A stretch of DNA of 64,000 bases from Thermoplasmata archaeon (GTDB taxonomy: Archaea; Thermoplasmatota; Thermoplasmata; UBA10834): the NCBI GenBank assembly GCA_029864565.1, contig JAOTTD010000001.1:66232-130231 (forward strand), in the 5' to 3' direction. The translations under genes were made by a program, and so were the position numbers. The notes under the pieces are model-generated. The model did not search any database. It was not told the origin of the DNA and saw only the letters and a program-made list of their open reading frames with translations. Below are positions 35,415 through 44,759 of this stretch, in pieces (position 1 is the stretch's first letter; each line of letters starts with the position of its first letter).

Positions 35415-36558
35415 TTTCCTCCCTGACATCGAGATGCTTCGCCGGCAGCCTCGAGACATATTTCTCGACTGGCAATTGCTCGGGCACCAGCACGCCCTTG
35501 TCTGATATCTCACCCGACAGCATCATCTCGGCCGCGACCGCGCCTCCGGTCCCGACGAAATAGCCGGTGGCGTTGCTCTTCGCAAGCTCGTAGGCCTTCT
35601 CGTGCGACATCGTGGACCACACCTTGGCCTGAACCCTCTTACCGTCCTTCTGCCCTATAACCTCCACGACAATTCCCGCGAACCCTTTCACCTTGCCAAT
35701 CATGTCCACGGGTCGCGGCATCAGGGATACGACAACATCCAATGGGCGCACCTTCACCCCCTTGACATCGATTGGCTTCAGACTGTGCAACCCCAGCTTG
35801 CGGAGGGTGTTGACTACATGGACGAAATTGTCGTCGACAGCGATTCTGAAGTCTGCGTACTTCAGCCCGTCGATGAACTGAGACATCAGGAACGTCTCCT
35901 CATGGACGGTGTTGTACACCGGTAGCGGTCCCACTGGTTCCGGGAAGTCATACATCTGCCTCTCGCTCAGCGGAGGGACATAAGTCATCTTCCCATCCTT
36001 GTACACGGCCGCGGGCACGGTCACCTCCTCGATCATCTCTGCGGGCGACCAAAGACTGAAGAAATCGTAGCCTTCGGCCACCGCGCTGTCACCGTCCATG
36101 ACCCGGGCGCTCTCGGCGCTGTCGAGCTTGTTCGCGGCGTAGCGGGCGAATATGTCCGATATGCCGGGGTCCGCGCCCATGGATGTCAGTATTGTGACGC
36201 CGCGGTCCTTGCTCTTACGGTCCATCTCCTCGAACTCCTCCATTGAATTGACCGACATAGAGTAGTCGATGTAGTCGATTCCAAGCTCAATCGACATCTC
36301 GATGACCTTCTTGTTCAGCTCGGCAGGGATGGAACTTATCAGCAACTCGCTGCCTGTCAGAAGCTTGCGGAGTGCCCGCGCATCGGTCGCGTCGACCTTC
36401 TCAACAGATATCTTGCTGCTATCCAACCGCTTCGCCATGGCATCCGCGGCGTCTGTCCGCGCATCGGCCAAAACAATATTGTCTACTTGTCGGTTCTTCG
36501 CGAGGTGTTCAGCGCACACAAGCCCAGTTATTCCGCATCCTAGTTGCACCAATTTCAT
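35401..36558 (-). CDS. Saccharopine dehydrogenase-family NAD(P)-binding oxidoreductase
   Basis: An N-terminal Rossmann motif (MKLVQLGCGITG) is present. The 385-aa length and overall pattern match the Sacchrp_dh family, which includes carboxy(nor)spermidine and lysine dehydrogenases. Confidence 0.6.
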   Translation of the reverse strand: MKLVQLGCGITGLVCAEHLAKNRQVDNIVLADARTDAADAMAKRLDSSKISVEKVDATDARALRKLLTGSELLISSIPAELNKKVIEMSIELGIDYIDYSMSVNSMEEFEEMDRKSKDRGVTILTSMGADPGISDIFARYAANKLDSAESARVMDGDSAVAEGYDFFSLWSPAEMIEEVTVPAAVYKDGKMTYVPPLSERQMYDFPEPVGPLPVYNTVHEETFLMSQFIDGLKYADFRIAVDDNFVHVVNTLRKLGLHSLKPIDVKGVKVRPLDVVVSLMPRPVDMIGKVKGFAGIVVEVIGQKDGKRVQAKVWSTMSHEKAYELAKSNATGYFVGTGGAVAAEMMLSGEISDKGVLVPEQLPVEKYVSRLPAKHLDVREEITAL

Positions 36559-36747
36559 TATGTCGAACCATCTGGACCCCCATGATTGTATGAGCCTAAT
36601 AGATGTTTGCCAAATGCTGTGCGAGAGGCGCTCGTTGCACCAGCCTTACCATATATTTGATGCAATGCATTCCATTGCGAGAATGCATTCTTGCGTTAGA
36701 CGAGAGGGTGCACCACAGTTTTTACCCCCGAACAGGCATTCTCGAAC

Positions 36748-38358
36748 ATGAGCGGCCTCACACTCACGCCCTTGGACGGCGCCGACACCATCGGCGGCTC
36801 CAAACTGTTGTTGGAATACGACGGGTTAGGAGTACTCCTGGATTTCGGCATGAATTTCGCAAGGGCCAATAGGTATTTCGAGGAATACCTCAGACCGAGG
36901 ACCACGACGGGTCTCCTCGATCACGTGATCATGGGCACGATGCCGGATGTGAAGGGACTATACCGAGAGGATCTGATGCATCCAGATCTCGAGCTGAAGG
37001 GCCAGAAAGTGGACAGGGTCGACGCAGTGCTCTTGTCCCACGGCCATCTGGACCATTCCGGGGACATCGGATTCCTCAGGCGCGACATACCTGTCGCGAC
37101 GAGCGCTATGACTGCGGCAATCGTCAAGGCGTCCCAAGACAGCTCAAGGAGCGAGCCGGGTAGAGAACCGGCCTACTTCTGTGAGAGGTGCACCCTCGAA
37201 TCACGAGGTGCAAAGCTGCTGCGCAGTACGAAAGGTGACTTGCTCGGGAGGGACTACGCATTGCTCGACCAAGCGCCGACAGACGATCTGCTCCGGTTCT
37301 GGAACTTCCTGCCATCCTCCGAGCTTAGCAAGAGGGCCAACGCCCCGAGGCTCGTCCCAGGAGGCCTAGAGCACGGCCTCGACAGCTTCGGATGCCAGAT
37401 GATGCCTGTCGACCACTCCTTGAAGGGTGCGAGCGCGTTCATGATTGAGACATCGCAGGGGAACGTCGTGTATACTGGTGACGTCAGAATGCACGGGCTG
37501 AGAAACGCGATGACCCGCGATTTCGTGGCCAAGGCCAGATCTGCGAAGCCATACCTGCTTGTGGTAGAAGGGACCAGGATAAGAAAGGAAGGAGACATCG
37601 ACAAGGAGCCCACTCGTCCAAATGCGACTGAGGAGGAAGTCCGAGAGAGCGCAGACACGATCCTTTCTGGAGTGGCAGGCGAACTCGCCATCGCGGACTT
37701 CGGTCCGAGGAATGTCGAACGCCTTGAGATCTTCTTGGACGTGTCGCTCAAGGCACACAGGAAGCTCGTCGTGACCCCGAAGGACGCCTACCTGTTGCTT
37801 GCCATGCACACGGTTGATGCCTCAATCCCCGTCCCAGGAGACGATATGTTGGTGTACAACTCTCCCAAGGGATCTACCGATAAATACGAGGAATGGATAG
37901 TGGAGCACGTGTGTGTCGACTCGCTGGTGAAGCCAACTGACGTGGGCAAATCTCCTGGAGACTACCTTCTCTCATTCAGCTTCTGGGACATGAAACATCT
38001 AATAGACATCAAACCTGAGAGAGGGCACTACGTGTACTCCTCGAGCGAGGCGCACAACGAGGAGCAGGCCATCGACTTCGTGCGCCTTGGAGAATGGCTC
38101 AAGAGATTCAACATCGAGCCACACGGTTTCCGCATCGTCGGGAAGAACAACAAGAGGGAGCCTGTCTTCGAGTTGGAGGATGGCCCGTTGCACGCTTCGG
38201 GGCATGCGAGCCCTGCTGACCTGCAGAACATCGTCCGGGAGATAGACCCCGATGTGCTCATCCCTGTTCACACGGAGAATCCCGATTGGTTCGAGACGAC
38301 TTTCGGGGGCGAGCGCAAGGTGATCCTTCCAAAGAGATACAAGGCCATAGCGCTGTGA
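36748..38358 (+). CDS. Metallo-beta-lactamase-fold ribonuclease, RNase J-like (beta-CASP)
   Basis: The N-terminal ...LDGADTIGGSKLLLEYDGLGVLLDFGMNF... and LLSHGHLDHSGDIGFL (HxHxDH) are arranged as in RNase J. Confidence 0.5.
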   Translation: MSGLTLTPLDGADTIGGSKLLLEYDGLGVLLDFGMNFARANRYFEEYLRPRTTTGLLDHVIMGTMPDVKGLYREDLMHPDLELKGQKVDRVDAVLLSHGHLDHSGDIGFLRRDIPVATSAMTAAIVKASQDSSRSEPGREPAYFCERCTLESRGAKLLRSTKGDLLGRDYALLDQAPTDDLLRFWNFLPSSELSKRANAPRLVPGGLEHGLDSFGCQMMPVDHSLKGASAFMIETSQGNVVYTGDVRMHGLRNAMTRDFVAKARSAKPYLLVVEGTRIRKEGDIDKEPTRPNATEEEVRESADTILSGVAGELAIADFGPRNVERLEIFLDVSLKAHRKLVVTPKDAYLLLAMHTVDASIPVPGDDMLVYNSPKGSTDKYEEWIVEHVCVDSLVKPTDVGKSPGDYLLSFSFWDMKHLIDIKPERGHYVYSSSEAHNEEQAIDFVRLGEWLKRFNIEPHGFRIVGKNNKREPVFELEDGPLHASGHASPADLQNIVREIDPDVLIPVHTENPDWFETTFGGERKVILPKRYKAIAL

Positions 38359-38368
38359 CCGCATCGGC

Positions 38369-39172
38369 TTACTGCGTCAACAGGCTGTAGACCATCTCCA
38401 TCGCGGCGAGGTACACGCCCCCTGTGAATATCGTCCTGACGGCCCGCGTCTTGAGCTTCTTAAGGCCCCAGGTCGACCCAATCAACGCCATCACGAAGAT
38501 AATCGGTGTAAGCGCGATCGCGAGGTCGTAGTGGATGGTAACGCCCTCCCTGAGGGCGTAAGCGATGAACGCAGCCGGCGTCAGGATTGCCCCCACCAGC
38601 GCCGAAGTGCCTATCGCCTTCCTGGTATCAAACCTGAACACGTAGATTATGAGAGGCACGCTGACGACTCCTCCTCCGATGCCGAAGCTGCCCACGAGGA
38701 ATCCGGTCAGGACGCTGACACCGACGCCAGCCAACCTCCTTTTCGCGCCGACGTCGTCGAGCGCCGACCCTTCTTCGCGCTCAGCGCGATACATGTCATG
38801 CATCATCTTCGTGGCGACTATCAGAAGCAGGGAGGCGAAGCCGATCTTGACCAGGACCTCATCGACAGTGGTGGTGAACAGTACACCGACGGCCACTCCC
38901 ACGAGCCCTCCGAGGGCGAGCAAAGAACCAAGCTGGAAGTCGACGAGGCCTTTGCGGCTGTGACTGTATGTGGCACTAGCCATCGTCACGAACGCGAAGC
39001 AGAGGGACAGTGGTACTATCTCCTTCATCGCGAGGCTGACGAAGAACAGGTCCATTATCGGAACGTATAGCTGCCCCCCGCCGAGGCCCAGATTCGAGTA
39101 GAAGAACCCGACCACTCCTACCAGGACGGCGACGATAAAGAACGAATCCGTCCACATCAATTCCAATGCCAC
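38369..39172 (-). CDS. TauE/SafE-family (DUF81) anion exporter
   Basis: It has about 8 TM helices and glycine-rich motifs (LGLGGGQLYVP, GSFGIGGGVVSVPL) typical of PF01925. Confidence 0.7.
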   Translation of the reverse strand: MALELMWTDSFFIVAVLVGVVGFFYSNLGLGGGQLYVPIMDLFFVSLAMKEIVPLSLCFAFVTMASATYSHSRKGLVDFQLGSLLALGGLVGVAVGVLFTTTVDEVLVKIGFASLLLIVATKMMHDMYRAEREEGSALDDVGAKRRLAGVGVSVLTGFLVGSFGIGGGVVSVPLIIYVFRFDTRKAIGTSALVGAILTPAAFIAYALREGVTIHYDLAIALTPIIFVMALIGSTWGLKKLKTRAVRTIFTGGVYLAAMEMVYSLLTQ

Positions 39173-39346
39173 GGAGCGTCAGAAACATGACGGAGATATT
39201 AAACAGATATGATTCTACAGCCGTTCGAACCGCGCAGCCCTTTGACGCAAATATTACGAACAATCGACCCATTCGTCCCACGTACCCCAAACGCTTTTAT
39301 ATCCTGTGGCAATTCGTTCGATTCGGTTTTGGGGAGGCAGGCTGAC

Positions 39347-41143
39347 ATGAAGGTACTGAGAGTCGATTTGACGACGAGCAAGTTCGTCGATCAGGAGATT
39401 TCTGAGGAGCATCAGAAGGCATATCTAGGCGGCAGAGGACTCGGGGCGAAGATCCTGTACGACGAGAACAAGCAGGGCATAGACGCGTTCGACCCGGAGA
39501 ACAGACTGATATTCATTTCAGGACCGTACACCGGAACCTTCGGCTCATTCACGGCGTTCTACAACGTCACCACGAAATCCCCTCTTACAGGGACGATTCT
39601 GTCGGCACACTCGGGAGGCCACTGGGGGCCGATGCTGAGAAAGACTGGGTATGACGGCATCGTGTTAGTCGGTCGCGCGCCGAGGCCAATGTATCTCCTT
39701 CTGACCGACGACGGGCCCGAGCTGAGAGATGCTGAGGACCTATGGGGAAAGGATGTCTTCGTAACAATCGACATGCTCGAGGAGCGGCACCAGCGAGCGA
39801 AGGCGGCTGTGATAGGACCTGCCGGGGAGAAGCGATCGCGCATCGCGGCGATAATGAACGACCACCACCGAGCTGCTGGTCGTGGCGGCGCCGGAGCGGT
39901 TATGGGTTCGAAGAATCTCAAGGCGGTCGTAGTTCACGGCACCAAGGATGTTCCTCAGGCCGACCCCGAGAAGCTAAAGGAGTCGTTCAAGGCGGCCACG
40001 AAGACCGTGAAGGAGAAATCGGCAGCCTTCGCGAAGTACGGGACCTCGATGGTCGTAGGCATAACAGGAAAGGCTGGCGCGATACCTACCAGGAACCTCC
40101 AGACGGGCTACTTTCCCGATTTCGAGAAGATCGGTGGTGACGCGCTGATAGACGGCCACTTCGTGAAGAACATGGCATGCGCCAGATGCCCGCTCCACTG
40201 TGGAAACGCGACGAAAGCTGAGAAGGATTACCAAGTCGAGACCGAGGGACCTGAGTACGAGACGCTGGCCATGTTCGGCGCCAACCTGGAGAACTCCAAC
40301 CTCGAATCGATCATCATGTCGAATAACATATGCAACCAGTACGGTATAGACACGATATCTTGCGCTGACACCATCGCATGCGCCGTGGAGCTGTTCGATA
40401 GAGGGATCATATCTGAGAAGGACACAGGCGGGCTCGCACTCTCGTGGGGCGACCACAGATCGATCGTGAAGCTCGTCGAGATGACCGGCAGGTCCGAGGG
40501 GTTCGGGGTGTTGATCGGAGAAGGTTCCAGGCGCCTGGCCGCTCGGTTTGGCGAGGAGGCGGAGAAGTGCGCCATGAATGTAAAGGGCATGGAGTTCCCT
40601 GGATACGACCCACGTGGGATCCAGGGCATGTCGCTCGCGTTCGCCACATCCACCAGAGGCGCGTGCCACCTAAGGGCCACGATGTACGTCCCCGAGCTGT
40701 TCCAGGGCGTCCTCGACAGGTTCACAGTCAAGGGGAAGGCGTCGACGCTGAAGGAACTGCAGGAGCTCTTCACGGTCCTCGACTGCATGGTGTTGTGCAA
40801 GTTCGGCGCCAGGAACGCTTTCGGCAACTCATGGGACGACATGGTGATGCTTGTCAACGCGGCGACGGGCCGAGGCTACACAGTCGACGGGCTCAAACAA
40901 GTGGGCGAGAGGGTCTGGACCATCGAACGGCTGTTCAACTTGAGAGAAGGGTTCTCAAAGCGTGACGATACCCTGCCCGAGCGGCTCTTCGACACGCCGA
41001 TACACGATGGTCCCTCGAAGGGCGCCGTGGTCAATCGTGACGATTTCATCAACGAACTTGAGGCATACTACGCCCTCTGGGGCTGGTCGGCGGAGGGCGT
41101 ACCGAGCAAGGAGACTCTGCAGCGGCTAGGGCTGGCGTTATGA
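39347..41143 (+). CDS. aor: Aldehyde:ferredoxin oxidoreductase (tungsten-containing AOR family)
   Basis: It starts MKVLRVDLTT...YLGGRGLGAKILYDE, as AORs do. The [4Fe-4S]/pterin-binding region (CARCPLHCG..., ...STRGACHLRATMY...) is present. GGGGAGG lies upstream of the ATG at 39347. Confidence 0.85.
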   Translation: MKVLRVDLTTSKFVDQEISEEHQKAYLGGRGLGAKILYDENKQGIDAFDPENRLIFISGPYTGTFGSFTAFYNVTTKSPLTGTILSAHSGGHWGPMLRKTGYDGIVLVGRAPRPMYLLLTDDGPELRDAEDLWGKDVFVTIDMLEERHQRAKAAVIGPAGEKRSRIAAIMNDHHRAAGRGGAGAVMGSKNLKAVVVHGTKDVPQADPEKLKESFKAATKTVKEKSAAFAKYGTSMVVGITGKAGAIPTRNLQTGYFPDFEKIGGDALIDGHFVKNMACARCPLHCGNATKAEKDYQVETEGPEYETLAMFGANLENSNLESIIMSNNICNQYGIDTISCADTIACAVELFDRGIISEKDTGGLALSWGDHRSIVKLVEMTGRSEGFGVLIGEGSRRLAARFGEEAEKCAMNVKGMEFPGYDPRGIQGMSLAFATSTRGACHLRATMYVPELFQGVLDRFTVKGKASTLKELQELFTVLDCMVLCKFGARNAFGNSWDDMVMLVNAATGRGYTVDGLKQVGERVWTIERLFNLREGFSKRDDTLPERLFDTPIHDGPSKGAVVNRDDFINELEAYYALWGWSAEGVPSKETLQRLGLAL

Positions 41144-41420
41144 TCGCCCAGTAGCCCTTCCACTATTCCCCAACAAAGGAGGGGCTGAGGAGTACAAGCC
41201 TACCTACGATCCTCTGGCGAAGTGGGCTTCCGAGAAGGGATTCGAATGGGTCGGCCCGCCGGTCTAGACATACCCCAAGAAACCAGAGGTCGTCGATGCC
41301 GGGATTATCCTACGTGCCAAGGCCATGGCTCCCGTCAGGAAGAGGTGACCGCATCTGAGCTGATAGGCTTGAAGCCCGACGATTCAGTGTCCGTTATCAG
41401 AATTGATACCCTCCCCACCG

Positions 41421-41431
41421 CGATATATAAA
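41421..41431 (+). promoter_or_regulatory. TATA box (cgatatataaa) about 30-40 nt upstream of the ABC ATPase start
   Basis: An AT-rich octamer in GC-rich DNA is preceded by the BRE-like ccaccgcg. Confidence 0.5.
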
Positions 41432-41456
41432 CCATCGCTGCGCTAAGACGGGACAG

Positions 41457-42380
41457 GTGTCTCCTTTGATAGAAGCCAACGGCCTCTGCAAGGATTACAG
41501 GCAGGTTAGAGCGCTCGACAACGTCAGCCTCCGTGTGGGAAGGGGAGAGATCTTCGGATTCTTCGGACCGAACGGAGCCGGCAAGACCACGTGCATCAAG
41601 GTGCTGTGCGGTCTCACGGCCGCAACTGGTGGCGACGCGTCGGTGATGGGCATCGACGTCGGCAGGGCGCCTGTGCACGTGAGGGACAACATCGCAATAC
41701 TGTCCGAGGAGAGCAGGTTCTACGAGGAGATGACCCCGAGACGCTACCTGAACATGTTCGGCAAGTTCATGCTAATGAACCGGCCTGAGAGGCTCTCCGC
41801 CCTCAACAAGGCGGCCGACCTGGCGGACATAAGGCCTTTCATTGACAGAAGGATCGCCAACCTGTCGATGGGACAGCGTCAGAGGGTGTCACTCGCCAGG
41901 GTGCTCATGTCGGATGTGCCGCTCGTGTTCCTCGACGAGCCATTCGAGGGCGTGGACATCATCCACAGGAAGAGGCTGAGAGAGCATTTCAGGGAGTACG
42001 TCTCCAGGGGCAACACGGTATTCTTCACCTCCCACAATCTGATCGAGGCGGAGCATATCGTCGACAGATTTGCGTTCATACATCACGGAAAGCTCATCGC
42101 AATCGGCACGGCGGAGGAGCTTAAGGAGAAGTACCTCGCGCCGTCGTACATGCTGCATGTGTCTAACCCCCAGAAGGCCAGAAAGGTCCTGGACGACAAC
42201 CTCCGACTCCAGTCCATCAGCATCGTCGAGGGCAACGTCTCCGTCGTGCTCGCCCGTAGGGGCCACGCCTCGGAGATCGCGAAGCTGCTGATACGCGAGA
42301 ACATCGACCTCTACGAGATGAAGTCGGTGGGGACCATGGAGGAGGTATTCGAGAGGACGACCAGGGGTGATATCCAATGA
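41457..42380 (+). CDS. ABC transporter ATP-binding protein (ABC-2 / exporter type)
   Basis: It has Walker A (GPNGAGKTT), LSMGQRQR and Walker B (LDEPFEGVD). It overlaps the downstream permease by 4 nt. The start codon is ambiguous (GTG 41457 or TTG 41466). Confidence 0.85.
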   Translation: MSPLIEANGLCKDYRQVRALDNVSLRVGRGEIFGFFGPNGAGKTTCIKVLCGLTAATGGDASVMGIDVGRAPVHVRDNIAILSEESRFYEEMTPRRYLNMFGKFMLMNRPERLSALNKAADLADIRPFIDRRIANLSMGQRQRVSLARVLMSDVPLVFLDEPFEGVDIIHRKRLREHFREYVSRGNTVFFTSHNLIEAEHIVDRFAFIHHGKLIAIGTAEELKEKYLAPSYMLHVSNPQKARKVLDDNLRLQSISIVEGNVSVVLARRGHASEIAKLLIRENIDLYEMKSVGTMEEVFERTTRGDIQ

Positions 42381-44251
42381 ACATGGATATTCCACCGCCG
42401 CCCGAGGACGACTCCGAGCTTCCGCCGCCGCCGGCCGAGATCGCAGAGCAGACCCACCACTACCCGAAGATCGAGGTGCAAAAGTCAGGGCCGCTCGACA
42501 CGATCAAGAGGGCCGTCGTGATATTCGAGAAGGACATCAGAACGATGGCCAAGCACGGTCTGGCTAGCTCGGTGATACTGTTCGTATTCCTTCTGATTAT
42601 ATTCTCGATCATGAGCTTCGCAATGAAGCAGGCGATGAGCTTCGACATCGGGGCTATGATGGACGGCGACGAAATCGATGTGCCATGGGCTACGGAGAGC
42701 AATCCGCCTGTCGCAGACGCTGGATACGACAGGTCGATACCTGCTGGCACGACCATAACCCTAGACGCATCTGGCTCGTACGACGACGATCGGATCGTTC
42801 ACTACCAGTGGTCGTTCTGGGAGGTGGACTACAACGTGGACTTGTTCGGCGAGAGAGTAGACTACACATTCAACTACGTTGGGACCTACGAGATTCGCCT
42901 AACAGTCGCAGACTTCTCGATCAACCAGGCGGAGGACAACTTGACCATCACGGTCATGCACGCCACCTCGGACACTGAGGCGCCTTGGGTGGACTATCTT
43001 CAGAACGTTGAGGCCGAAGTCGACGATACCGTAGACTTGGCCGCTGTCAACTCAACGGACAACGTAGGTGTCATCAACTGGACCTGGGTCGTCCACGATG
43101 TTGTGCAGACGAAGCTCTACGGAGAGCAAGTGAGCCACACCTTCCCGTACGCCAGCCACGGGAGCCTCGGCGTCACGCTGATACTGAGAGACGCCTCGGG
43201 GAACTACAACAACTACTGGTTCGGAGTCACCGTGTACCCGCGGTATGAGGACGACGACTGGCCATGGGCTGAGGTCAACGAGCCTGGAATCGTGGCCCTC
43301 GGCGATGCGGTGACGCTCGACGGCACGGGCTCGGGCGATGATTCCGGCTCAATCGATACCTACACATGGTACATACTCCACAACGGCACCTACACGATGC
43401 TCACTGGGCAGACGGTTGAGCTCACGCCGGCCGAATGGGGTTGGTACGAAGTCATGCTAATAGTCCGCGACGAGGCGGGAAACTACAATGACGAATGGGC
43501 AGCCAGGACTGGGTTCATCGTCGCGCCGTCAGGTGTCGACGAGGTCAACGCGATAACCTGGAAGAGCACACCCTTTGGAATCGATGTGTCGTTCCACCTC
43601 CTCACGTACGCGTACGGTGTTGCTCTGCTTACGTCCGTGATTTTCGTCGGTGGACTATTCGCGAAGGGCTTCTCGCACGAGATACAGAAAGGCACGATCA
43701 AGGTCCTCTTCTTCGGACCCATATCCGTGACGACCACGATCTTCTCCAAAATACTCTACCCGATTGTTGTCGGACCGTTCCTCATCTTCCCGCTGACCAT
43801 GGCGGTTCTCGCGACCTTTGAGCAGGACCCTGGAGAGGTATTCGTGATAACCCTCGTGGCGTACCTGCTCGCGGTCACGACCATGGTCGCTGCGGCGTAC
43901 GGTTCTAGTCTCATATACGTGGCGACGAAGAGGATGGTGCTCAAGCCGACCGTGATATCCAGGATGTTCCTGTACTTCTCGCTCCTCGGCACCATGACGG
44001 TGTTCGAATGGCTATCGCTCGTGATGGACCTTTGGTTGAAGGTCGACACCTATGGCGACCTGTACTATGCTCACGGCGGTACCGTCGCGCTGCTGTCCCC
44101 GTTCCACCAGGGAGGGGTGTACCTGTCGAGCCTAATCATGGAGACATCGCAGAGCCCCGATTGGTGGGTGTTCGCTATACCGTTCGTGCTCATTGGGCTT
44201 GGCATAGTCGCATCCAGGAAGCTGTATCCCGACCTGTTCTCCAGGGAATAG
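42377..44251 (+). CDS. ABC-2-type permease with ~300-aa extracellular insert containing three PKD-like repeats
   Basis: An N-terminal Pro/Glu-rich tail and TM1 are followed by three repeats of the PKD-type pattern (VADAGYDRSIPAGTTITLDASGSYDDDRIVHYQWSF, VNSTDNVGVINWTWVV...TLILRDASGNYNNYWFGVTV, LDGTGSGDDSGSIDTYTWYI...VRDEAGNYNDEW). Five or six C-terminal TM helices of ABC-2 type follow. Confidence 0.7.
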   Translation: MNMDIPPPPEDDSELPPPPAEIAEQTHHYPKIEVQKSGPLDTIKRAVVIFEKDIRTMAKHGLASSVILFVFLLIIFSIMSFAMKQAMSFDIGAMMDGDEIDVPWATESNPPVADAGYDRSIPAGTTITLDASGSYDDDRIVHYQWSFWEVDYNVDLFGERVDYTFNYVGTYEIRLTVADFSINQAEDNLTITVMHATSDTEAPWVDYLQNVEAEVDDTVDLAAVNSTDNVGVINWTWVVHDVVQTKLYGEQVSHTFPYASHGSLGVTLILRDASGNYNNYWFGVTVYPRYEDDDWPWAEVNEPGIVALGDAVTLDGTGSGDDSGSIDTYTWYILHNGTYTMLTGQTVELTPAEWGWYEVMLIVRDEAGNYNDEWAARTGFIVAPSGVDEVNAITWKSTPFGIDVSFHLLTYAYGVALLTSVIFVGGLFAKGFSHEIQKGTIKVLFFGPISVTTTIFSKILYPIVVGPFLIFPLTMAVLATFEQDPGEVFVITLVAYLLAVTTMVAAAYGSSLIYVATKRMVLKPTVISRMFLYFSLLGTMTVFEWLSLVMDLWLKVDTYGDLYYAHGGTVALLSPFHQGGVYLSSLIMETSQSPDWWVFAIPFVLIGLGIVASRKLYPDLFSRE

Positions 44252-44309
44252 GCGAGAGGGGCAAGAGAAGGAAAAGGTTTGGCGCGAGATAGGCTGCGAT
44301 GAGCTGCTC

Positions 44310-44759
44310 CTACAGGGCATCGAGCCTGGCCTTGTTAGCCTCGTTCTCCTTGCCCATCCTCTCCAGTATCCTCGCGGCCTCGGCGAGCAGTGACTTCGCG
44401 GTCTTGGACGAATCCAAGTAGAATCTGGACGAAGTCAGCTCGACCTTCCCAGCAAACTCCTTCGCGCCGGCCACGTCGACGCCGGCGGGCACCTCTGTCT
44501 CTATCACGTAGTTGCTGCTGTCGATATCCTGGATGGGTTCGAGTATCATCTCGTTGAGCTTCTCCCTCCGGGTGTGTTCGAGGATGTCGCTGCGTTTCCT
44601 ATGGGAGTCCGCCAACGCCTTCAGCGGTTCCTTGGTCGACGCGAGTTCGGGCCTGGCAGCAAGGTCGTCGTATATCGCCGACGTCGCTTTCTCGAGTTCC
44701 AGGGCGAACCTGATCACGGAGCCGAAGGATGTGCACTCCGGGAACTCGTACTCGGCCAT
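44310..44759 (-). CDS. Hypothetical protein (helical, acidic)
   Basis: The start is set at MAEYEFPECTSFG. The upstream part of the ORF-track frame is Arg/His-rich and abuts the mmsA stop. Confidence 0.4.
   Translation of the reverse strand: MAEYEFPECTSFGSVIRFALELEKATSAIYDDLAARPELASTKEPLKALADSHRKRSDILEHTRREKLNEMILEPIQDIDSSNYVIETEVPAGVDVAGAKEFAGKVELTSSRFYLDSSKTAKSLLAEAARILERMGKENEANKARLDAL

Noticed and set aside
41222-41446. 74-aa plus-strand ORF between AOR and the ABC ATPase
   Set aside because: It is Arg-rich and would run through the TATA box of the downstream operon. It has no RBS or motif support.
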